This document shows, one piece after another, positions 10,112 to 17,287 of a stretch of 64,000 bases of DNA. The stretch is taken from the IMG/VR virus record IMGVR_UViG_3300047442_000001, positions 1 to 64,000 of that record; one strand, given 5' to 3'. Positions within the stretch are counted from its first letter, which is position 1; each line of letters begins with the position of its first letter. The position numbers were made by a program, and so were the translations under genes. Source of the DNA: a virus. Under the pieces are notes generated by a model that saw only the letters and a list, made by a program, of their open reading frames with translations, searched no databases and was not told where the DNA came from.

Positions 10112-10136
10112 GTTCCCGAATGGAGGTCGCTAAGCC

Positions 10137-11861
10137 GTGTTGATGCCGCGTTCACCAGTCGCGAGCCGGACCGAAGCCGAAGACGGCGGCGGTCGTGGTG
10201 GAGTTCTGTCCGGAATCTTGGCGCAGCTCCCGATGCTTGCGAGTCTTGCCGGCGGTCTTCGTTCCCGGGGGGTGATGGCGGGACTCGGCGACGCGATGGC
10301 GGAGGACTCGAAGCGTAAGGCTCAGACCGAAGCTGCGGCTGCTGTCCAGCGCCACCAGGACAAGCTCGCTGCTGCGTCCGAGTTCGACAAGGTGGACGAC
10401 TCGTGGCCGGAAGCCGCTCGTGTTGCTGCGGCTGAAGCCCGACTTCAACTTCTATCTTCGGACAAGTTCAATCCGAAGGACGCCGACAAACTGTGGACTG
10501 GAGTCCTTGAGGCTTCGCGTCGTCCGGATTCCGAAGCCCAAGGTCGCAATAGTCAGCGGACGATGGCGCAGGGGCTTCAGGGCGCCGCGGACGCGGTCCG
10601 TGGCGGCGGAGCTACGGCCGAAGTTCCCGGTCAGCCGAACCCAATGGACGGTGGTCAGCCTTCGTCACCGTCCACGGTCAACCTTTCCATGCTGGCTCCG
10701 GGGCTCGGCGAAGCTCTGAACACCGTGTCGACGGGGATGATGGGTGAGCTTGGGTCGATTACCCCGGAGCCCACCGAGGTTACCGGTCCCTTCACGCGAA
10801 GTGAGCAGGGACGGTTCGCGTTGGACCAGTTGCTTCAGCAAGCGAAGATCAAGGGGATGTTCACCCCTGACAAGTTTGCTTCCTCGCCGCAGGGGATCTT
10901 CAACACGGGGACTGGTGAGGTCACCTCCCCGGCGCCGCCGAAGTCGGGGACTGAGAACTTAAGCGACTTTGAAGGCTACTTCGTCGACAAGCTCAACGTG
11001 TTCCGTGAAGTGAACAAACGTGAGCCCACGGCGAAGGAGAAGGTAGGACTGAAGCTCGAGGCCAAGAACGAGTTCCATCCCGAGTTTCGTCCGCAGTCGC
11101 AGTCGCTTGAAGACTACCGGTCCGCGATGCTGGACTTGGCGCGGCAGCGTGAAGGCCGACTGGAAACGAATCAGCCGATGGTGCAGATGTACAACTCCAA
11201 AACTGGAGTCAAGTTGCCGGTGCGTCGCGACCAAGTCCAAGACTACATCGACGCCGGCTGGGAGTCGCCGCCTTCGTCTGGACCGGCAACTGGAACGATC
11301 AACTATCTCCGCGACGCCGATACGACGCTTGAACAAATCGACCCCTTGGCTAAGTTGGCTAAGAAGACCGGCGCCAGCGGTCCGCTCATGGGTCGGTGGC
11401 GCAAGTTCAAGTACGAGACTCTGGGTGGCGTCGACATGACCGCGGACGAACGGTTGTTCTTCAACAATCTTGGTAAGCTGTTTTCGTCAGGGATCTTCAG
11501 CGAAGGCGGCAAAACGCTGACTGCGTCCGAAGCCGAATACGCTGGGTATTCGCTGCCAAAGCCGAGCGACACCGTCGATACGATCTTGGTCAAACTCGAC
11601 GCTCTGAAGAAGTACACGGAACAGCGGAAGGCGAACATGGTCAAGTATCTTCCGGCCGGTCAGCGTCGCCAGATCGGGGTTGACGCGATCGGCCGACCGA
11701 TGTCGCCAACGCCGCCGACCGAGTCGGCGAAGTCTCCCGGCTCCAGAGTGCCATCCGGCACCGGACCGGCGATCGGGTCCACGATCACTGTGCAGGGTAA
11801 ACAATACAGAGTAGTCGGATACGGTTCCAACGGAAAACCGCAGGTAGCACCGATTCCGTGA
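10137..11861 (+). CDS. hypothetical large virion/ejection-type protein
   Basis: 574-aa ORF; GGAGG 10 nt upstream of GTG 10137 (alternative ATG 10143). Confidence 0.6.
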   Translation: MLMPRSPVASRTEAEDGGGRGGVLSGILAQLPMLASLAGGLRSRGVMAGLGDAMAEDSKRKAQTEAAAAVQRHQDKLAAASEFDKVDDSWPEAARVAAAEARLQLLSSDKFNPKDADKLWTGVLEASRRPDSEAQGRNSQRTMAQGLQGAADAVRGGGATAEVPGQPNPMDGGQPSSPSTVNLSMLAPGLGEALNTVSTGMMGELGSITPEPTEVTGPFTRSEQGRFALDQLLQQAKIKGMFTPDKFASSPQGIFNTGTGEVTSPAPPKSGTENLSDFEGYFVDKLNVFREVNKREPTAKEKVGLKLEAKNEFHPEFRPQSQSLEDYRSAMLDLARQREGRLETNQPMVQMYNSKTGVKLPVRRDQVQDYIDAGWESPPSSGPATGTINYLRDADTTLEQIDPLAKLAKKTGASGPLMGRWRKFKYETLGGVDMTADERLFFNNLGKLFSSGIFSEGGKTLTASEAEYAGYSLPKPSDTVDTILVKLDALKKYTEQRKANMVKYLPAGQRRQIGVDAIGRPMSPTPPTESAKSPGSRVPSGTGPAIGSTITVQGKQYRVVGYGSNGKPQVAPIP

Positions 11862-11868
11862 GCCAGCT

Positions 11869-14016
11869 ATGTCCGCGCTCAAAGCCACGAAGCCAAAGAG
11901 AGAGCTGCCAACGAAGATTGATACGGAGTTCAATCCGGAGGACGTTGACATCGTTGAATTGAGTCCGGAAGATGTTGACGTCATCGACGTTCCCGAGGAC
12001 TCGGTCGACATCGTCGAAGACAAGCCCACGTTCACTCAGCCGCGCTCGCCGGGCGACGCGATCTCGGGAATTGCAGACCGCTTGGCTCGCGTGTCGCCGA
12101 CCGAGTTCGGTGACCCTGACGGCAACGTTCCGTATATCACTGCGCCCACGATGGTGGGTGGAGCATTGAAGGGTGGAGCACGGGGACTGAAGAACTTAGT
12201 CGCTTCCTTCCTTCCGCGTTCCCCGATCCAGGACGACGGCAGCTTGGACTTAGCCGGGATGGTCCAGAACGTTCCCTTCGTAGGTCCGCCAGCCGCTTCG
12301 ACAATCGATGCTGTTCAGCGGTTCCGGTCCGCGTCCACTTTGCCCAGAGGTCCACGTCGCGCCGTCCGTGGAGCTTCGGCCGTGGTCCCCTTCGGTCCGC
12401 AGCTCGAGGAGGTCGCGCAGCCGGGACTTCGGACCGCGGAAGGCGGGCCTGTGACCTTGGCCGACAACGAAGCAGCGGCCGAAGGAGCCGGGGACATCGG
12501 GACCCAAATCGCGGCAATGGCGTTGGCGCCGAAAGCTGTCCCAGCCGCCGCAAGAACGGTCAACAAGATCCGTGGACGTCTGGCGAGCGAAGTTGGTCCC
12601 GACTTCGTCAACCGGCTTCTGGCGAAGGGTGATCCGAAGGGCATCGCTACCGAACTCGAAGAAGGACGGAACCCCGCGAAGGCTCTGATGGAGGAGCCCA
12701 TCGACCTTCCGCGATTGCGCGAAGAACTCCCCGGTGGTGCCAACGCCGCGGCGGACGCAGCGCGTAAACGTTCGATCGAAGTCTCCATCGAACTCGAAGA
12801 TCTCCAAGCTTTACCCATCGGAAAGCGACCGAAGGGGTGGTCGAAGCAGATCACCACCTTGGCTAAGCGCCAAGCGGAGCTCGAAGCCGCAGCAACCGCC
12901 TTGGACAAACTGGCGGCCAAGAACCGTCTTGGGTCCGGTGGCGGTGGCGTGGCGGACATCCTTCCGAAGTCGGTGCGGCTCGCGATGAAGGCGGCGGATC
13001 TTCCATTGGCGTTGATGCAGCACGTGATCGACTCACCGAAGTTTCGGGTGGGTGCCGCGCGGAAGCTGGCGAAGTTGAAGCCGTCCGGGACCGGAACTAA
13101 ATACAACGATCCAAGCGGCGATGGTGACGACGAAGACCTCAGGACTCGTGACGAGTTCGAGTTCACGACCGAGAACGACAGCGGAGAGCCCACACACGAG
13201 AACAGCGACCTCGTCGACCGTGTACCGATGCACAAGCTTCTTCCGGAGCGTTTCCGAGCGGCTAGACATACGCTCGGTGCTTCGGCCGCGGACCGTAATT
13301 TCAAGCCCTCGCGCGCGCGCTGGGGACTCAGCTACGAAGAAGAAGACAAGTCCAAAGGTCTCCAGCGCTTCGACAACATGGACCAGCAGCCGAAGGTCAC
13401 GTACGAGAACGAACCGCGCGTTTCGATCCGCGATCCGAGCGGCGTAGTCAAAGGTGAATACGGACCACCCCGCGACGTCAGCAGCACGATTACTTCCTAC
13501 GGCGACAACTCCAACGAGCCCTTCACTACGGTCCACGAGTACGGGCACGCGATCATGCAGGCCGACATGACCGACCAGGAGCGCGCGGCGTGGGAGAAAC
13601 TGTACTGGGGATACCGGAACCGCTACGACGAGCTTGAACAGAAGCAGTACCTGAGTCGTCGAGCCAAGTTTGAAGAGCACATCAATAACGCTCCGACGCA
13701 GACGGTGAGAGTGCGGTTGATTGAAGCTGAAGAGGCTCAGCGGCGGCAAGACGACGCGGAGCTGGCCAAGATCTCCATCCCCCGGGCACTTAAGACGAGA
13801 ACTCCGCACGAAGCTCTCCCGTCGATCATCGCTCACTACATCCTGGACTCTTCGGCTCTGAAGAAGACGTACCCGGACATCTACGGGTTCGTGAAGCAAA
13901 TCTTCGGTGGACGGGAGTACATCAACCAAGTCAAAGGTGGCGGACCGCAGCCGCCGCCGGCCACGAAGATGAAGACGAAGATGGCACCGAAGCCGCGACC
14001 GCGAATGCGTGAGTGA
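11869..14016 (+). CDS. large virion/ejection-type protein with HExxH zinc-metallopeptidase-like motif
   Basis: 715-aa ORF; TVHEYGHAIM at aa 554-563 (nt 13534-13548 = HEYGH). Confidence 0.6.
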   Translation: MSALKATKPKRELPTKIDTEFNPEDVDIVELSPEDVDVIDVPEDSVDIVEDKPTFTQPRSPGDAISGIADRLARVSPTEFGDPDGNVPYITAPTMVGGALKGGARGLKNLVASFLPRSPIQDDGSLDLAGMVQNVPFVGPPAASTIDAVQRFRSASTLPRGPRRAVRGASAVVPFGPQLEEVAQPGLRTAEGGPVTLADNEAAAEGAGDIGTQIAAMALAPKAVPAAARTVNKIRGRLASEVGPDFVNRLLAKGDPKGIATELEEGRNPAKALMEEPIDLPRLREELPGGANAAADAARKRSIEVSIELEDLQALPIGKRPKGWSKQITTLAKRQAELEAAATALDKLAAKNRLGSGGGGVADILPKSVRLAMKAADLPLALMQHVIDSPKFRVGAARKLAKLKPSGTGTKYNDPSGDGDDEDLRTRDEFEFTTENDSGEPTHENSDLVDRVPMHKLLPERFRAARHTLGASAADRNFKPSRARWGLSYEEEDKSKGLQRFDNMDQQPKVTYENEPRVSIRDPSGVVKGEYGPPRDVSSTITSYGDNSNEPFTTVHEYGHAIMQADMTDQERAAWEKLYWGYRNRYDELEQKQYLSRRAKFEEHINNAPTQTVRVRLIEAEEAQRRQDDAELAKISIPRALKTRTPHEALPSIIAHYILDSSALKKTYPDIYGFVKQIFGGREYINQVKGGGPQPPPATKMKTKMAPKPRPRMRE

Positions 14017-14059
14017 CGCTCGGGACACGTATGAGGTAAACATGTTGACTACGTTGTTC

Positions 14060-14089
14060 GTGACGGATAGCAACACATGCCCCTACAAT
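14060..14089 (+). promoter_or_regulatory. promoter candidate GTGACG-N18-TACAAT (a TTGACT also sits at 14045-14050)
   Basis: Hexamers read directly in the gap after gene 11869..14016. Confidence 0.35.
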
Positions 14090-14124
14090 TGGTGACGACA
14101 GCGGACCCAGAGAGATCAGCGACG

Positions 14125-14484
14125 ATGCCGGAGATCGGTGAGAAGGAAGAACGACGTTCCGGTGAGGACCGGCGGAGCGAAACTCCTCACCCCAGTCCTT
14201 GGGCCAACCCCGGCCTTTGGGTCAGCATTACCGGTATCCTCCTCACCGTCTGCATCTTCATGGCCGGACTGCTCCTCAGTGAGTTGAAGTCCATCAACGC
14301 CACCATGACCGCGAGCCTCGTTGCTGCTGCGCATCAGCAGGAGAAGGCGGACGGTCTGCGTCGCGACATCGACGAGTTGAAGATCTGGCGTGCGTCGCAG
14401 GACGTTTGGAATGCCAACCTCCTCGGCGACATGAAAGTGGCAAAGCAGTTCATGGCGGACTCGAAGAAGAGCAACGTACCGTAA
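14125..14484 (+). CDS. membrane protein, one TM plus coiled-coil tail (holin/spanin-like topology)
   Basis: Frame 14077..14484; ATG 14125 preferred because the TACAAT box lies downstream of ATG 14077; TM GLWVSITGILLTVCIFMAGLLLS. Confidence 0.5.
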   Translation: MPEIGEKEERRSGEDRRSETPHPSPWANPGLWVSITGILLTVCIFMAGLLLSELKSINATMTASLVAAAHQQEKADGLRRDIDELKIWRASQDVWNANLLGDMKVAKQFMADSKKSNVP

Positions 14485-14497
14485 GGGGAAATTGAAC

Positions 14498-14830
14498 ATG
14501 GGCGGACCAGCTTGCACCAAAGGAATTCTCGACAACAACGGCAACATGGGATCAGCCGCACATCGGCTGTCCGGATCATCATTCGCGTTGCTGGCGACTA
14601 CGACGGCAGCGAGCGACGGCTTCCGCGAGATGTACGACGATCTCAAAGACGAGGACAAAGCCACGTTCCTGAAGCTCAGCGACGACATCTGCGAATGGGG
14701 CGACAAGATGCGCGACTGGCAAGCGATCATCGAAAGGTGGGACACGGCCACGCACGCGCAGATGGTCACGATGGCGAAGAAGTACATCAAGTACAAATCA
14801 GACGGCACCTACGACGACGAGAAGAAGTAG
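14498..14830 (+). CDS. hypothetical protein
   Basis: Frame 14492..14830; ATG 14498 lies 8 nt after AAGGGGA. Confidence 0.5.
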   Translation: MGGPACTKGILDNNGNMGSAAHRLSGSSFALLATTTAASDGFREMYDDLKDEDKATFLKLSDDICEWGDKMRDWQAIIERWDTATHAQMVTMAKKYIKYKSDGTYDDEKK

Positions 14831-14833
14831 CGC

Positions 14834-15352
14834 GTGACTTGGCCGAACCTCATTGCCTTCCTTGGTGTACTCGCCAGTCTGACTGTCGCCGGAGTCACCG
14901 TCTTCCGCGCACGCACCGAACGTCGAGTGGACCGCGCCACGATCGCAGGCGAGTGGGCGATCCAGATGATCGGCGAGTTGCCTGACGCGATTCTTCGCGT
15001 GGCCGCCGACGAGCGGATCGTGTACGCGAACGTCCAAGCCTCGCTCATGACGAAGTTCCACACACGCGAGCTTGTTGGCATGAACGTGAACGATCTCATT
15101 CCGGCGCGGTTCCGCAAGCAGCATCCGAGTCACATGCGCGGCTACCGCAACTCCCCAAGGACGCGCGCGATGGGCACGGCCGGGACCGAGTTGTACATGC
15201 TCGACAAACGCGGCGAGGAAACGCGCGTGCTCATCTACCTCAAGCAGATGGAGCCGATCGACAACGGGCCGGAGACGCTTGTCGTGATGCGCGACTACAA
15301 CGAGCAGGCGAAGCTACTCGCGGCCACCGAAGGGCACACCGTACACCAGTGA
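14834..15352 (+). CDS. membrane-anchored PAS-domain protein
   Basis: 172-aa ORF; N-terminal TM LIAFLGVLASLTVAGVTVF; PAS-like LPDAILRVAADERIVYANVQ...ELVGMNVNDLIP...YMLDKRGEETRVLIYL...VVMRDYNEQ. Confidence 0.7.
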   Translation: MTWPNLIAFLGVLASLTVAGVTVFRARTERRVDRATIAGEWAIQMIGELPDAILRVAADERIVYANVQASLMTKFHTRELVGMNVNDLIPARFRKQHPSHMRGYRNSPRTRAMGTAGTELYMLDKRGEETRVLIYLKQMEPIDNGPETLVVMRDYNEQAKLLAATEGHTVHQ

Positions 15353-15363
15353 TGTGGACTTGG

Positions 15364-15510
15364 GAACGGTGCAGCCCGGCGGGTGGGATCGCCGGGCTGG
15401 TCGTAGAGAGGTTCAACTTCGAGGTCGCTTCAAGGCTCTGTGAAAAGGTCCACGTTCGGAGGGAGCAGATCCACCACTTCGTCTTCACTTCGGGCCGGGC
15501 TGCACCGTTC
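15364..15510. repeat. 17-bp perfect inverted repeat flanking 113 nt at the point where the two arms converge
   Basis: GAACGGTGCAGCCCGGC (15364-15380) and its reverse complement (15494-15510); nested 7-bp hairpin GCCCGGC/GCCGGGC at 15374-15397. Confidence 0.6.
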
Positions 15511-15535
15511 AATTTGGAATCTAGAATTGTAGCTC

Positions 15536-16168
15536 TTAGGTGATGGTGCGGACGAACGAAGATCCCGGCTTCTCGATGCCGAAGAAGTCCGGCCGGCGCA
15601 CGTACCACATGCGCGCCTGCGCCACGATGCGGAGCTTGTCACCGGGCAGGAAACCCCACAAACTGCTCAGAAGCTCGTTGTTGGTTGGAAGCTGTGCTTC
15701 GTCGCTCGCGTCGATCGTATACGGATGAACTGAACCGTACTTACCGACTTCGGTCGCGGGCGGTGGCTGAGCCGGCGGCGGTGTCGGCGTTTCCGGCGTC
15801 GTTGGTTGCGGCGGCTGCGGTGGCTCGGGGACCACGGGCGGTGGCTGCGGCAACGCCGCCGGTCCCGGTGCTGGCGTCGGCGTTGGCGTCGATGGCGTGA
15901 CCGGAATCTGTCCGCCATTGGCGTCCTGCATGAGCGCGACGATTACGTCGATGATGGCTTGCGTTCCGCCTAGCAGCGCCGTAGCGGTCTTCTGGCTGAT
16001 GAGACCCAGCGACGCGGTCGTCGACACCAGAGACTTGAACAGAGTCGCGACGTAAGCCGACTTCGAGGCCCCGGAGCCGGGCTGACGGAACGAGCGTTCG
16101 GCGTCCTGGATGAACGCGATGAGTTGGGCCAGAAGGGGGATGTACTGGAGATATCGGAGAATGTTCAC
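15536..16168 (-). CDS. hypothetical protein with long Pro/Thr-rich linker
   Basis: 210-aa ORF; helical N-domain, PTPTPAPGP...PPQPPQPTTPETPTPPPAQPPP linker, C-terminal domain. Confidence 0.6.
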   Translation of the reverse strand: MNILRYLQYIPLLAQLIAFIQDAERSFRQPGSGASKSAYVATLFKSLVSTTASLGLISQKTATALLGGTQAIIDVIVALMQDANGGQIPVTPSTPTPTPAPGPAALPQPPPVVPEPPQPPQPTTPETPTPPPAQPPPATEVGKYGSVHPYTIDASDEAQLPTNNELLSSLWGFLPGDKLRIVAQARMWYVRRPDFFGIEKPGSSFVRTIT

Positions 16169-16209
16169 ATGGACTCCTTCAATTTGGACTTCGGTTCAGA
16201 CTTCGGACT

Positions 16210-16542
16210 TCAGACTTCGGTGATGGTCTCGTCGACCGCTTCGGGCTTCTCGTGGGTGATGAGGTGGAACTCGGGATCGAAGGCGGAGTCGTTGATGATC
16301 GTTTCACGTACAACTCGCCCCTTCGCCGGGTCTGTGGACACGATCGAGATCAGCTCCAGCTTGGCGGCGGCGAAGTGGGCCTTGACCGTGTTGTTGGCTT
16401 CGGGCGACGACTTGGCCCAACAGTCCACGTTCTTGATTACTACTGGCCGGACGCCGATCTGGTCGCGGCGCGGCGGACCGTAGAAGACGACTTCGACGCG
16501 AAACAGCATCGTACCGTTGGGGATGCCGGGGAGGACGTTCAT
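16210..16542 (-). CDS. hypothetical protein
   Basis: 110-aa ORF; 4-nt overlap with upstream gene. Confidence 0.55.
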   Translation of the reverse strand: MNVLPGIPNGTMLFRVEVVFYGPPRRDQIGVRPVVIKNVDCWAKSSPEANNTVKAHFAAAKLELISIVSTDPAKGRVVRETIINDSAFDPEFHLITHEKPEAVDETITEV

Positions 16543-16982
16543 CGTGATCCCTTCGTCTTCGACTTGGACTTAGCCGAAGTGGTCTCGGTCGTGGCGTCGG
16601 GGTCATCGGGGAACTTCATCTCGAGGTAGTGTTTACGTTTGTTGGGGACTTTGGACTTGTCGATCACCGATCGCGCGACACCGTTCTGAAGCAGAAGTTG
16701 CTCGTCGATCCGTTCGCCGGAGCCTTGGTCCGCGATCCGGATCTGGACGCCTTCGTAGTCGAAGACCACGTTGTCCTTGATCCCGCCGGCGATCAGCTCG
16801 GGCTCCAGTTTGTCTTCGAACAGAGCGTCGAGCTCCTCCTTGAGCTTAGCGATCTTGGACTCGTGCTCCTTCATTTCGCGTTTCAGGACGATTGCGCGAT
16901 CGGCGACTGAAGTGAAACGCGCGGAGCGCTTCAGCTTCGGGAACGTGTCCCACTTCGGCGGCGGAATGTAGACTGTGGGCAT
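16539..16982 (-). CDS. hypothetical protein (coiled coil; basic KSKSK tail)
   Basis: 147-aa ORF; C-terminus ...TSAKSKSKTKGSR. Confidence 0.6.
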   Translation of the reverse strand: MPTVYIPPPKWDTFPKLKRSARFTSVADRAIVLKREMKEHESKIAKLKEELDALFEDKLEPELIAGGIKDNVVFDYEGVQIRIADQGSGERIDEQLLLQNGVARSVIDKSKVPNKRKHYLEMKFPDDPDATTETTSAKSKSKTKGSR

Positions 16983-16984
16983 CT

Positions 16985-17206
16985 TCAGCCTTCTTTGTTC
17001 AATTGAATGACGAAGTTGCTGCCGTCGTGACCGATGCTCACTTCGCCGCCGCGGGGCTCGACGAGCAGTTGTCCACTGTTTTCGGATACGAAGATATCGA
17101 CGTATGCGGCTTTGCCGAAGTTGAATCTGACGCCAAGGGCACCTTTCGGTTGATCTTCGAGTTCATTGTCTGCACCGAGGATCAGGGGTCTACGTTTCGC
17201 TTTCAT
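16985..17206 (-). CDS. hypothetical protein
   Basis: 73-aa ORF; AAGGAGAAA RBS; first gene after the promoter at 17251-17279. Confidence 0.55.
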   Translation of the reverse strand: MKAKRRPLILGADNELEDQPKGALGVRFNFGKAAYVDIFVSENSGQLLVEPRGGEVSIGHDGSNFVIQLNKEG

Positions 17207-17250
17207 TCTGATTTCTCCTTTTCGTTCAAATGTGGATTGTGATGCACGGA

Positions 17251-17279
17251 AGAGTAGAAGTGTTGATGACTGAAGTCAA
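17251..17279 (-). promoter_or_regulatory. sigma70-type promoter TTGACT-N17-TACTCT overlapping palindrome ATGACTGAAGTCAA (17266-17279)
   Basis: Minus strand reads GTTGACTTCAGTCATCAACACTTCTACTCT; upstream CTTAAGTAACTTAGCTG is shared with the 27.8-kb promoter. Confidence 0.5.
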
Positions 17280-17287
17280 CAGCTAAG

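Noticed and set aside
15352-15543. 63-aa ORF (TGATG-coupled to the PAS gene) spanning the convergent gap
   Set aside because: It contains both arms of the 17-bp inverted repeat and overlaps the 3' end of the opposing gene. An RNA or DNA structure is the more economical reading. The ORF is not excluded.
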